Shown: positions 1 through 9,829, counted from the stretch's first letter. The stretch: 64,000 bases of DNA from an uncultured delta proteobacterium (GCA_963778655.1 CAVZVA010000011.1:1-64000); one strand, 5' to 3'. Translations and numbers: made by a program. The notes: generated by a model from the letters alone, not told the origin.

Positions 1-68
1 TCCCTCACACCGAAGCCGACATGAGCTCTCGCTCAGAGCACTCAGTGAAGAAGTGAGTAACCCTTCGG

Positions 69-542
69 TCAATCCTTGCCGATGGTCTCTGCGGCGAGGT
101 GCTCGAGAACCTTGCGCGCCACCGCGACTTCTTCTTGCGGCAGCGCGGCCAGCACGCGGCGCACGCGGTCCTCGACCGTGCCTGCACGTGCGCGATCGGC
201 CAATTTGCCCGCCGCAGTCAGCTCGAAGCGCGCGCGGCGGCCGTCCATCGGGTCCGCCCTGCGCCGCAGCAGCCCGGAACGATCGAGACGATCGAGCACG
301 CCAGTGAGCGTGCTGGGGTGCACGTGCAGCAGCGCGGCGATCTCGCCGGCGGTGGCGTTGGGGAAGCGACCGACTATGCGCACCACGAGGCGTTGTGGTC
401 CGGTCAGGCCGACGCGGCGCTTCATCTGCGTGGAGGCCAGCCGCAGCGCGTGATCCACCGCCCATAGCGCCCGCATGAACCCGAGCACCGCACCCAGCTC
501 GTCGTGGTGCGGGCGCTGCGCCGTGCTTCGCTTGCCGGTCAT
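69..542 (-). CDS. MarR family transcriptional regulator
   Basis: 157 aa; winged-HTH pattern LTGPQ...EIAALLHVHPSTLTGVLDRL...DPMDGRR...LTAAG. Confidence 0.92.
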   Translation of the reverse strand: MTGKRSTAQRPHHDELGAVLGFMRALWAVDHALRLASTQMKRRVGLTGPQRLVVRIVGRFPNATAGEIAALLHVHPSTLTGVLDRLDRSGLLRRRADPMDGRRARFELTAAGKLADRARAGTVEDRVRRVLAALPQEEVAVARKVLEHLAAETIGKD

Positions 543-562
543 CGCTCTCTTCGGCTTATCAC

Positions 563-612
563 GAAAACTAGTTTGGAATCAAAGTATTTAGTTTGATTCC
601 AAACTAGTTTTC
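563..612. promoter_or_regulatory. Perfect 21-bp inverted repeat (8-nt spacer), probable MarR operator in the divergent promoter
   Basis: GAAAACTAGTTTGGAATCAAA (563-583) / TTTGATTCCAAACTAGTTTTC (592-612); contains two TAGTTTG-N4-CAAAsTA boxes (569-586, 589-606); AT-rich island between divergent genes. Confidence 0.8.
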
Positions 613-645
613 CGCTATGCTCCAATTGGTCGCGAAAGGAGCACG

Positions 646-2052
646 ATGGTCAGACAAGCGAGGATTCGGCCGCGAAAGTATCGCGCGTACAGCCGGGGAG
701 ACATCGACCGCATCCCCGAGCTCAGCCATCTCTCCACGGAGCAAAGACTGGCGATGAAGGCCGTCTCCACGGTGTTGCCGTTTCGGGTCAACGACTACGT
801 GGTCGAGAACCTCATCCGCTGGGACGACGTTCCGGACGATCCGATGTACCAGCTGACCTTCCCGCAGCCCGGCATGCTCGATCCGGTCGATCTCGCGCGC
901 ATGATCGACCTGATCCACGCCGGCGCGTCGCCCAAGGCGGTTCAACATGCGGCCAGGGAGATCCAGGCTCGGCTCAACCCGCACCCTGCCGGCCAGATGG
1001 AGCTCAACGTCCCGCGCCTGCACGGCCGGGCGCTGCCGGGGATACAGCACAAGTACCGCGAGACCGTGCTCTTCTTTCCCAGCCAGGGGCAGACCTGCCA
1101 CGCGTACTGCACCTACTGTTTCCGCTGGGCGCAGTTCGTCGGCATCGATGAGCTCAAGTTCGCCAGCCGCGAGGTCGAGTCGCTGGTCGGCTACCTGCGC
1201 GAGCACCACGAGGTGTCGAGCGTGCTGTTCACCGGGGGAGACCCGCTGATCATGCGCACGAAGGTGCTGCGGCAGTACATCGAGCCCCTGCTGGGTCCGG
1301 GCCTGGAGCACGTGACCAGCATCCGGCTCGGCACCAAGGCGACCGCTTACTGGCCCTACCGCTTCGTGACGGACGGCGACGCCGACGATCTGATGCGCCT
1401 GTTCGAAGAGATCCGCCGCGCGGGCAAGCATCTGGCGTTGATGGCGCACAACAGCCTCCCGCGCGAGCTCGAGACGCCGGTCGCCCAGGCGGCGATCCGG
1501 CGCGTGCGCAGCGCCGGCGCGGTGGTCCGCTGTCAGGCGCCGCTCGCCCGCCACGTCAACGACAACCCCGCGCTCTGGGCCGACATGTGGCGCTTGCAGG
1601 TCCAGCTCGGCGCGGTCCCCTACTACATGTTCATCGAGCGCGACACCGGTCCCAAGAACTACTTCGAGGTAGCGCTGGCGCGCGCGCACGAAATCTTCCG
1701 CGAGGCGTACCGCCGAGTCTCGGGCCTGGCGCGCACGGTGCGTGGGCCGTCGATGAGCGCCATGCCGGGCAAGGTCGTCGTCGACGGCGTGGCGGAGGTG
1801 GCGGGCGAGCGGGTGTTCGTCCTGCGCTTCCTGCAGGCCCGCGATCCGGAATGGGTGGGACGCCCCTTCTTCGCCCGCTACGACGAGCGGGCGACCTGGC
1901 TGACCCAGCTGCAGCCCGCCTTCGGGCAGAGCCGCTTCTTTTATCAAGGCGAGCTAGGCGCGATCAAACGTGCGAATCGCTCGCCGGCGTGGAGCGACCG
2001 CCCCGTGGCTCGCCGGCCGTCGGTGATCTTCGGGCACGTGGAATGGGAGTGA
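646..2052 (+). CDS. KamA-family radical SAM protein (lysine 2,3-aminomutase-like, substrate unknown)
   Basis: CHAYCTYC motif, HKYRETVL, VLFTGGDPL, PYYMF; SD AAGGAG upstream. Confidence 0.88.
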   Translation: MVRQARIRPRKYRAYSRGDIDRIPELSHLSTEQRLAMKAVSTVLPFRVNDYVVENLIRWDDVPDDPMYQLTFPQPGMLDPVDLARMIDLIHAGASPKAVQHAAREIQARLNPHPAGQMELNVPRLHGRALPGIQHKYRETVLFFPSQGQTCHAYCTYCFRWAQFVGIDELKFASREVESLVGYLREHHEVSSVLFTGGDPLIMRTKVLRQYIEPLLGPGLEHVTSIRLGTKATAYWPYRFVTDGDADDLMRLFEEIRRAGKHLALMAHNSLPRELETPVAQAAIRRVRSAGAVVRCQAPLARHVNDNPALWADMWRLQVQLGAVPYYMFIERDTGPKNYFEVALARAHEIFREAYRRVSGLARTVRGPSMSAMPGKVVVDGVAEVAGERVFVLRFLQARDPEWVGRPFFARYDERATWLTQLQPAFGQSRFFYQGELGAIKRANRSPAWSDRPVARRPSVIFGHVEWE

Positions 2053-2068
2053 GAGCGCGGGCCCCGGG

Positions 2069-3721
2069 TCACGCCCGCGGCGTGGCGGCCGGAGCGGGCT
2101 CGTGCTCCACGTGCAGCGTGCGCGTGGGAAAGGCGAACGAGCTGCCGGCCTGCTCAACCACGTCCATGAAGGCGAGCAGCACCTCCTGACGAAAGAGCTG
2201 GAACTGGCCGAAATCCGCGGTCTCGAACCAGGACATGATCTCGATGTCGAGCGAGCTCTCGCCGAATTCCCGGAAGCGCACGATCACCGCCTCCTGCCAG
2301 GTCTTCGGATGCTCGCGCAGGACGCGCTCGAGCCCTTCGAGGATGCTACGCATCTGGGCGCCGGTCGTGCTGTAGACCAGGCCCAGCACGCAGGAGAGCC
2401 GGATGCGATCGCGCGCGGCGAAGGACTCGAGCCGCATGTCCGACAGGCGCCCGTTGGGCATCGTGATCAGGGTGCGGTCCAGGGTACGGATCTTGGTCGA
2501 GCGCAGCCCGATCGTCTCCACCGTGCCCACGAAGTCCTCGACCTTGACGAAGTCGCCCTCACGAAAGGGCTGGTCGGCCGCGATCGAGAACGCACCGAAC
2601 AGGTTTTCCACGGTCTTTTGCGCGGCCAGTGCCATGGCCAAGCCGCCGATGCCGAGCCCGGCCACCAGGCTGGCAACGGGGTAGCCGAGCTCCGAGAGCA
2701 GCGCCACCACGGCCATTGCCAGCACGGCCACCTTGCCGCTGCGGGCAAACACCGTCATCAGCGAGCGCGATGCCGAGCGCGTGCGACCCCACTCGGAGAC
2801 CATCAGCACCTGGTGCGCCACGTCGATCGAGCGGGCCAGGCCCCAGAAGAACGCCACGAAGAAGAATCCGCGCAGCGTGCGCTCCACGAAGCTGAGCGCC
2901 GGCGCGTCGAGCGTCAGCCACAGCACCCCGACGTAGGTCAGCGCCAGCGTGAAGACCATCCCCATCGGGCCGGATAGCCGATCGACCAGCACGTCGTCCC
3001 AGGTCGCCGAGGTGCGCGCGGCGACGCGCTCCGCGATGAAGCGCCCGATGCGATTGAGCAGCTTCGCGAGCAGCCAGCTCAGCAGCAGGATCGGGATCAG
3101 CGCGATCCACTGCCACCACAGCAGCTCCTTGGGGCCCGGTTGGAACAGCGCCGGGGGCAGATGCTCTCGCAGATAGCGGTGCTCCAGCCGGCCGTACCAG
3201 GCGTCGATGCGCGTCACCACGTCGGAAGAAAACAGCCAGCGCGTCGCGCCGTCGCGCTGCCTGCGCACCAGTCGCACCGGCTCGGAGCTGCCGGATGGGC
3301 CGGGGATCTTCGCGATCTCGTCCACCAGCGGCGGCAGCCCGTCGTTCTCGTCGCCCCGCGGGCTGGCGGAAATCGCGGCGAGGTCGAACCAGACGTAGCG
3401 GTCGAGCACGGCCTTGAGCTCGCGGGCGAGCTCGGGACCCTGGGCCGTCTCGGGCTTCGGCAGGTCGAGGTAGCGCGCCGCCTGGTCGTGCCGGCCCTTG
3501 CGTTCGAGCTCGAGGAACCGCGCCAGCGAGGCTCGCGGCGAGTCGGGCGCAGCCGACACCTCGGCCGCGGCGTGTTGGGTGCCGGCGTCGGGATGCTGCG
3601 CGGGAGGCGCTCCGGCCGGACCCTGCGCCCGCGCGTGCGCGCTCGCCACGGCCAGGGCCGCGAGCGCGAGGGCCAGCGCCACGCGGCGCCTGCGGGCCGT
3701 GACAGTGCTCCTGCCGCTCAC
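2069..3721 (-). CDS. mscS: MscS-family mechanosensitive channel with N-terminal periplasmic domain
   Basis: Signal-like N-terminus; LVAGLGIGGLAMALAAQ, PFREGD, GTVETIGLRSTKIRT, FAFPT motifs. Confidence 0.9.
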   Translation of the reverse strand: MSGRSTVTARRRRVALALALAALAVASAHARAQGPAGAPPAQHPDAGTQHAAAEVSAAPDSPRASLARFLELERKGRHDQAARYLDLPKPETAQGPELARELKAVLDRYVWFDLAAISASPRGDENDGLPPLVDEIAKIPGPSGSSEPVRLVRRQRDGATRWLFSSDVVTRIDAWYGRLEHRYLREHLPPALFQPGPKELLWWQWIALIPILLLSWLLAKLLNRIGRFIAERVAARTSATWDDVLVDRLSGPMGMVFTLALTYVGVLWLTLDAPALSFVERTLRGFFFVAFFWGLARSIDVAHQVLMVSEWGRTRSASRSLMTVFARSGKVAVLAMAVVALLSELGYPVASLVAGLGIGGLAMALAAQKTVENLFGAFSIAADQPFREGDFVKVEDFVGTVETIGLRSTKIRTLDRTLITMPNGRLSDMRLESFAARDRIRLSCVLGLVYSTTGAQMRSILEGLERVLREHPKTWQEAVIVRFREFGESSLDIEIMSWFETADFGQFQLFRQEVLLAFMDVVEQAGSSFAFPTRTLHVEHEPAPAATPRA

Positions 3722-3817
3722 GGTGTCTGAAAGTGTCGGCGTTTGGCGCCGAGGTCAAACGTTTTTCTCGGAGCCGTGAAATTTGAAAACCTGGCCTCGT
3801 CTGTTAGACCCAAGCTC

Positions 3818-4546
3818 ATGCCGGTTGGACACCGTACCGCCATCCTCGCCGTCGCCGCGAGCGCATCGCTCGCGTTGCTGGGCGCCGTCGCGTCCGGAGC
3901 TGCTGCCGACGCCAAGGCGGCCGCGGACAAGGGCTCGGTGGTGATCTTCGGATCGTCCTCGATCAATGACTCTTTCGGACACCTGATCGCGGAGGACTTC
4001 GCGCGCCTCGGTTTCGACGTGGTGCGGCGCGGCTATGCTGCCGCGGGCCTGTCGCGGCCGGACTTCCGCGACGTCAACAGCAAGCTCAAGGACTTGCCGA
4101 TCAATCGCGACACCCGGTCGGTCCTGCTGTACTTCGGCGGAAACGACGCGCAGCCTCTGTGGCTGCGGCGCACGGAGCGCAAGGATGCGTCCGACGAATG
4201 GGTGAAGTGGGACGACCAGCGCTGGTCCCACATCTACGAGAAACGCGCCGAGAAGCTGATCGACGCGATCTGCGCGCGCGGCGCCCACCATGTCATCGTG
4301 CTGCCCCCCGCCGACGTCAGGAGCACGCGCATGCAGCACCGCCTCGATCGCATCCGCGCGCTACAGCGCGTCGCGGCCAAGGCGAGCCGCTGCGGCCGCT
4401 TCGTGCCCACCGGCGGCGACCGCGGCGAGCTCGGCGCCGGCCCCGAGCCGCTGCGCGCCGAGGACGGCGTGCACATGAGCCGCCAGGGCGCCCGCCGGGT
4501 GTGGAAGCGCATCCGCACCAAGGTGCTGGAGCTAATCCGCAGCTGA
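3818..4546 (+). CDS. Secreted SGNH/DUF459-like hydrolase or acyltransferase
   Basis: Signal peptide; GSSS, GLSRPD, FGGND, DGVH blocks; start at ATG 3818 is a guess. Confidence 0.75.
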   Translation: MPVGHRTAILAVAASASLALLGAVASGAAADAKAAADKGSVVIFGSSSINDSFGHLIAEDFARLGFDVVRRGYAAAGLSRPDFRDVNSKLKDLPINRDTRSVLLYFGGNDAQPLWLRRTERKDASDEWVKWDDQRWSHIYEKRAEKLIDAICARGAHHVIVLPPADVRSTRMQHRLDRIRALQRVAAKASRCGRFVPTGGDRGELGAGPEPLRAEDGVHMSRQGARRVWKRIRTKVLELIRS

Positions 4547-4688
4547 GGCTGGTCCTCGCTGCGTGCGCGCTGCGCGCCCCTTCGCTGCGGATACAGTCCG
4601 CCCGCCCGCCCCCGCCCCTAATCCTCCGCGACGTGGAGCGTCCATCGCGGGCGCAGACAATCAGGGGCAGGCCTAATCCGCAGCTGAG
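4532..4688. repeat. 16-bp direct repeat (CTAATCCGCAGCTGAG) flanking a 125-bp insert between convergent genes
   Basis: Identical 16-mers at 4532-4547 and 4673-4688; each copy supplies the stop codon of one of the two convergent genes. Confidence 0.75.
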
Positions 4689-6562
4689 CCCTGGTTGAGC
4701 ACGCTGGCGTGCCAGGCGAGGTGGCGCGGGAGCTCGGAGACCCAGTAGGCCCAGTCGTGACCGCCGGCGCTCTCCTGGAACACGTGGTCCACGCCGAGCG
4801 CGTCGAGCTCGCGCGCGAAGGCTCGGTTGGCGGGCGCCCAGCGGTCCGCGTTGCCCACCGTGATCAGCATGGGCAGCCGGCGCGCCGCATCCGGATCGCG
4901 GGCGACGATGTGCCTGGCCGATCGGCTCTGCCAGAGCTTGGGATTGTCGGCGTAGCGGCCGAGCGCTCGCACCAGGGCGGGCCGATCGCTGGCAGCGGTC
5001 AGATCGAGCACGCCGCTCATCGAGCTCGCGCTCTGGAACAGGCCGGGATGGGTGAGCGCAAGCGTGAGCGCGCCGTGCCCGCCGGCCGACTGCCCGGCGA
5101 TGCCGCGGCGGCCGTTGGTCGGCAGCCAGGCGTCGACGTCGGGCAGTAGCTCGTCGATCAGCCAGCTCGCGTAGCGATGCTTGGGCAGGCGCGGGCTGTC
5201 GATGTACCAACCGTCCGGCGATCCGTCCGGTACCACCACGATCAACCCGTGCTCGTTCGAGAGCTCTTGCAGCAGGCGATGGGCGTGACGCGGCCAGTCG
5301 GCAAAGGAGCTGTCCACGCCGTGCAGCAGGAACAGCACGGGCAGCCGCCGTTCGCCCCGCGCGGCCGCCTGCGGCACGTAGGCCAGGTACGGCACCTCCC
5401 TGCCCAGCACGCTCGAGACCAGCCGGTGCGGCAGCGCGACCGCCAGCGTGTCGTCCTTGGGCACCAGCACGAACGATTGCTCCAATCTCTCGACCACGCC
5501 GCGGGCCACGTGGATGGCCCCGAGCCGCGAGTAGTGCTTGCCGTCGGCCAGCCGCATCAGGCCGCGCTCGCCGTCGACCGTGATCGCCTTACGGTAGCGG
5601 CCGTGCGCGTCCGAGGCCAAGTCCCAGGTCGAGACATAGACCGCGCCCTGCACCAGGGCTTCCTGCTCGGTCAGGTGGTTGAGATGGCGCATGCGCTCGG
5701 AGAATCCCGACCTGCGCATCGGCGGCATGCCGAGCAGCGCGACGCGCGCATGGCTCTGCTGCGAGAGCTCGATGATGCGGCGCACCCGCGCACGATATTC
5801 GCGATTCCAGGCGGGCGTGCCGTACACCAGCACCCGCCCGTCGTCGAGCAGCATGTTCTGCGCGTCGTTGCCGCCGAAGTTGCCCACCACGAGATCGGGC
5901 TGAAAATCGGCCAGCAACGTCTGCAGCTCGTGCGGCCAGTCGAGCAGGTCCGGTCGGGCCAGCCCGGTGGAGACCTTTCCTCGGCGGAACACCTCGACGC
6001 CCTGGTACTCGGTCCCGAGCAGACGCTCGAGCTCCGCACCCAGATAGAACTGCATCGACGAGGCCCCGATCAACAGGACCTTGTGCGTCCGCAGGCGCAG
6101 CAGATCGACCGCGCCGGCGGTCGCACGCGCGGCGGGACCGGCGGCGTGACCCGCCTGCTCGTCCTGCTTGCGACTCGCCGCCGCAGCCAGCACGGGAGCA
6201 GGCCGTACGGGCGCCGATCGCGCCCCCGTACGCACGCTGGCCGAGCGCGCGCGCCCGAGCCGCGAGCGGCCGGGGCGCGCGGCGGCGGGAAGCGCCGCGG
6301 CCGCGAGCTTGCGTCCTTGCGCGTAGAGCTGCGCCAGACCGAGCGCTTCGGAGCCGCGCACGGCTCCCGCTGAGATCGCCAGCGCCCACGGTTGGCTGCC
6401 GAGCCATGCATCGCGCACGACCCATGCGCGCAGCTCGTTGGCGCCGAACAGAGAGAGCACCAGCAGTGCGACCCACATGGCCCACAGCACCTTCCCGGGA
6501 GCAGCGCGTTCCGCGTGGCTCTGCGCGGCGCCCGGCGACGGCTGAGTTTGCTTCGCGCGCAT
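4673..6562 (-). CDS. Membrane-anchored SGNH/DUF459 domain fused to an alpha/beta-hydrolase esterase
   Basis: N-terminal TM; GASS, GLARPD, FGGND, DGKH; then LFLLHG, GQSAGG nucleophile elbow, GGHDW. Confidence 0.82.
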   Translation of the reverse strand: MRAKQTQPSPGAAQSHAERAAPGKVLWAMWVALLVLSLFGANELRAWVVRDAWLGSQPWALAISAGAVRGSEALGLAQLYAQGRKLAAAALPAAARPGRSRLGRARSASVRTGARSAPVRPAPVLAAAASRKQDEQAGHAAGPAARATAGAVDLLRLRTHKVLLIGASSMQFYLGAELERLLGTEYQGVEVFRRGKVSTGLARPDLLDWPHELQTLLADFQPDLVVGNFGGNDAQNMLLDDGRVLVYGTPAWNREYRARVRRIIELSQQSHARVALLGMPPMRRSGFSERMRHLNHLTEQEALVQGAVYVSTWDLASDAHGRYRKAITVDGERGLMRLADGKHYSRLGAIHVARGVVERLEQSFVLVPKDDTLAVALPHRLVSSVLGREVPYLAYVPQAAARGERRLPVLFLLHGVDSSFADWPRHAHRLLQELSNEHGLIVVVPDGSPDGWYIDSPRLPKHRYASWLIDELLPDVDAWLPTNGRRGIAGQSAGGHGALTLALTHPGLFQSASSMSGVLDLTAASDRPALVRALGRYADNPKLWQSRSARHIVARDPDAARRLPMLITVGNADRWAPANRAFARELDALGVDHVFQESAGGHDWAYWVSELPRHLAWHASVLNQGSAAD

Positions 6563-6565
6563 GCT

Positions 6566-7999
6566 TCAAAACCCGAAGTAGATGTAGGGAGCGACATCGT
6601 GGGTCTTCAGGGCGAGCATGAGCACGCCCGCCCCGACCCAGGCCAGCGGCCTTGCGTAGGCCGGCATGCCCGCGTGGGCACGCACGACCCAATCGAAAAC
6701 CGGCTTGCCCCAGAAGCTCATCGCGAGCCCCAACAGCGTCACCAGCACCACCACCGGGTCGGTGCCGTGGACAGAAAACGGCGCGCTGCCGAGACCGCGC
6801 ATGAACTCGCCCGCGGTCTGCAGGTCGGCCGACTTGAAGGGGATACGCGCGAACGCGCAGAAGCTCAGCGTCGAAGCCCAGCCCAGCACCAGCCAAGCGC
6901 GCGTCGGGCGCTGCCGCTTGGGGTCGAGGCCGCGGTGGCGGCGCAAGTCGAGCGAAGCCTTGTACGCGGCGAGCCCCACGCCGTGCGCCAGACCCCACAA
7001 CACGAAGGTCCAGTGCGAGCCGTGCCAGATCCCGCACACCAGGAAGGTCACCAGCAGGTTGAAGTAGACGCGCGTGTACGAGCGGCGCGAGCCGCCGAGC
7101 GGGAAGTAGATGTAGTCGCGCAACCAGGTCGAGAAAGTGATGTGCCAGCGGCGCCAGTATTCTCCGAGATTCGTCGCCGCATACGGATAGGCGAAGTTCT
7201 CCGGGATCTCGAAGCCGAGCAACAGCGCGAGACCACGAGCCATGTCGGTGTAGCCGCTGAAGTCGAGATAGACCTGCACCGTGTAGGCGTAGACCGCCAG
7301 CAGCAGCTGGAGCGAGGAGTAGTGGCTGGGCGCCAGGAACGCGTCGTCCACCAGGCGCGTGGCGAGCGTCGAGGCGAGCACGATCTTCTTGAACAGGCCG
7401 GTCAGGATCAGCGCCACCGCCCGCGACAGCTCGGGCACCTCGCGAGGCCCGGGCCCCGCGAGCTGCGGCAACAGCTCGTGCGAGCGGCAGATCGGACCGG
7501 CGAGCAATTGGGGAAAGAACGCCATGAACAGCAGGAAGTCGAGCAAGCTGCGCGCGCGGTAGACCGTTCCGCGGTAGCAATCGACGAGGTAGGCGATGCC
7601 CTGAAAGGCGTAGAACGACAGGCCCACCGGCAGCAGGATCTCGAGCATCGGCAGGTGCGCTTGCAGGCCCAGCATGTGCGCCAGCGACTCGGTCGAGTCG
7701 CGCAGGAAATCGTAGAGCTTGAACACGCACAGCAGCCCGACGTTGGCCGCGATGCCTGCCTGCAGCAGCAGGCGCTTGGTGCGCTGGCTGACCGCGCCGA
7801 GCATGCGCTCGGCGATCAACCAGTCGAGCAGCGAGACCCCCGAAAGCAGCAGCAGCAGGCGTAGGTCCCAGCCCGCGTAGAACAGATAGCTTGCCGCCAG
7901 CAGCCAGAGCTTCTGCAGCGTGCGTCGCTCGCGCAGCAGCCACGTCACGGTCGCAGTCAGGGCGAAAAAGTACGCGAACCCGATGGTCGGGAATGCCAC
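6566..7999 (-). CDS. MBOAT O-acyltransferase (AlgI/PatA/DltB-like)
   Basis: LPVGLSFY, FFPQLLAGPI, DFSGYTDMA, YWRRWHITFSTWLRDYIY, GIWHG. Confidence 0.93.
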   Translation of the reverse strand: MAFPTIGFAYFFALTATVTWLLRERRTLQKLWLLAASYLFYAGWDLRLLLLLSGVSLLDWLIAERMLGAVSQRTKRLLLQAGIAANVGLLCVFKLYDFLRDSTESLAHMLGLQAHLPMLEILLPVGLSFYAFQGIAYLVDCYRGTVYRARSLLDFLLFMAFFPQLLAGPICRSHELLPQLAGPGPREVPELSRAVALILTGLFKKIVLASTLATRLVDDAFLAPSHYSSLQLLLAVYAYTVQVYLDFSGYTDMARGLALLLGFEIPENFAYPYAATNLGEYWRRWHITFSTWLRDYIYFPLGGSRRSYTRVYFNLLVTFLVCGIWHGSHWTFVLWGLAHGVGLAAYKASLDLRRHRGLDPKRQRPTRAWLVLGWASTLSFCAFARIPFKSADLQTAGEFMRGLGSAPFSVHGTDPVVVLVTLLGLAMSFWGKPVFDWVVRAHAGMPAYARPLAWVGAGVLMLALKTHDVAPYIYFGF

Positions 8000-8216
8000 C
8001 GTGCGGTCTCCTCCGAGGGACGTGGCCCGAACGAGCTCGGACCGTGTTGGCCCCGTCCGGCGGTGCTTGCCGCGAGCACGAATGCCGAGGCTGCGTTGCC
8101 CCGCCGCACGTCACCCGGCCCCGGTCATAGCACAGGCCCGGGCCCGCGCCCACCTCGGGGCGCCGCCTGCAAGCCGCGGGCCCGCCGAACGCGGTCGTCG
8201 CGCGTACGCTGCGCCC

Positions 8217-9107
8217 TTACAGCTCCAGCACCTTGCGTGCGGCCTCGCGCACCTGGCTCGAGTAGGTGGTGGTCTTGTAGATGCTCTTGAGCTCGTGCTT
8301 GGGCGTGATGCGCAGCAGCTTCATGATCCCCTCGCTGCTCAAGCGCGGATTGCCGAGCAGCGCGCGCCGCACGACCGGCGCCTGGATCCAGCCGTTGTTG
8401 TCGACGATCAGGTCGAGCAACGGCCGTGGGATGGTGCCCTTGCGCGCGATTCGCGCCACCTCGGGCAAGGTCAGCTTGGGGTTGTGCAGCAAGCTCTCCC
8501 ACACACCCTTGCCGTAGATCCGCTCGAGCACCACGCGGTCGTTGAGCTCGCCTGCGCGCGCGATCTTGTGCTGCTCGGTCACGCTCAGCTTGCGCAGCCG
8601 TTCGTGGCGTGCGGGCTGCTGCTGGAGGTCGCTGGCCCGCTCGTCGCCACCGTCGGGCTCGAGCTCCTCTCTGGTCTCGCTCTCGGCGCTCGCAGCGGCC
8701 GCGCTTTCTTCCTGGGGCTGGGCGCCCGGCTCCGCCTCGGCCGGCGCGACCCCGGACGCAGCAGGCGGCGCAGCCTGAGCCGGCCCATCAGCGGCCGGCT
8801 GGGCGTCGGACGCCACGAGCTCGCCGCGCGCGAAGGCCTCTAGCTTGGCCACGATTTGCGGATCGAACGGCCGCAGCTGCACACCGATGCCGCACAACGC
8901 CGCGGAGTCGCTGACCAGCACCGCCTGTCCCGCAAGACCGAGCTCGGCGCCGCCGTCGGGGTGCACGAGCACGAGCGAACAGTCGTCCAACACCTCGATC
9001 CCCCGGGCGCCCCGCACGAACACGCGACCATGACGCAGGTTGCTGGCGATCTCGTGCTCCAGCGCGGCCCGGTCGGCAAACGTCATGCGCAACTCAGGCG
9101 GCGACAT
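8217..9107 (-). CDS. Hypothetical protein: PilZ-like N-terminal domain, acidic linker, helical C-terminal domain
   Basis: NLRHGRVFV...GIGVQL beta-barrel-like segment; coherent GC3 codon use; start at ATG 9107 is a guess. Confidence 0.65.
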   Translation of the reverse strand: MSPPELRMTFADRAALEHEIASNLRHGRVFVRGARGIEVLDDCSLVLVHPDGGAELGLAGQAVLVSDSAALCGIGVQLRPFDPQIVAKLEAFARGELVASDAQPAADGPAQAAPPAASGVAPAEAEPGAQPQEESAAAASAESETREELEPDGGDERASDLQQQPARHERLRKLSVTEQHKIARAGELNDRVVLERIYGKGVWESLLHNPKLTLPEVARIARKGTIPRPLLDLIVDNNGWIQAPVVRRALLGNPRLSSEGIMKLLRITPKHELKSIYKTTTYSSQVREAARKVLEL

Positions 9108-9238
9108 GGTCGTGCCAGCAAGCTTACACCGCAGTCCCAAGGCGGGAAAATCACGCGCTGGCCACGCGTGGGAGAGGGAAACCGTACGACGACCTCGCAA
9201 CACATGTACGGCGGCGCACCGCGCGCCGGCCTCACGGC

Positions 9239-9829
9239 CTACTCGTCGGCCTCGACCAGCTCTTCCCAGGAAGGCACCTCGGCACCGTCCGCGATGGTCA
9301 CGATGCGCAGCCGCAGCACCACGCGCTCGACCGCAGAGGTACGGGTAAACTGCCTGCGGTGGCCCTTGCGCATCTCGAACACGGCGTAGGCGCCGGGCCG
9401 CGGCAGCGGATAGGACATCTCCATCGCCTCGTCTTGCGCCTGGCCACCGACGAGGCGCGCGCCCACGAAGGGGTGGTCCGCCTTGGCCTCACCGCTGGCC
9501 GCTTCACGTACCTGCAGGCAGCGCATGCGCGCATCGACCGCGTAGACGTTGTTCTGGGTCCAGATCTCGTAGCAACCGAGCATCGGCTCGGGCCGCGGCG
9601 CGCGGCTACGCTCGCGCAGCACTTCGACCTCGATCAGCGGCTTGGAGCGCGCCAAGCGCGGGCGAGCCGAGACCGGCACCGGTCCCGGAACGACCGGGGA
9701 GGACACCGCGGGAACGGGCAGCGGTCGCAGCGCGGCCGGGGGCTCGGCCGGGGTCTCGCCCAGGCGCACCGGCGCGTTCGGATCGGCGAATCCTGGCGAG
9801 GTCTTGCGGCCGAGCTTCTCGTCGTTCAT
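9239..9829 (-). CDS. Hypothetical protein
   Basis: 196-aa ORF with Pro-rich N-terminus and a globular EIWTQNNVY...TSAVERV domain. Confidence 0.65.
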   Translation of the reverse strand: MNDEKLGRKTSPGFADPNAPVRLGETPAEPPAALRPLPVPAVSSPVVPGPVPVSARPRLARSKPLIEVEVLRERSRAPRPEPMLGCYEIWTQNNVYAVDARMRCLQVREAASGEAKADHPFVGARLVGGQAQDEAMEMSYPLPRPGAYAVFEMRKGHRRQFTRTSAVERVVLRLRIVTIADGAEVPSWEELVEADE

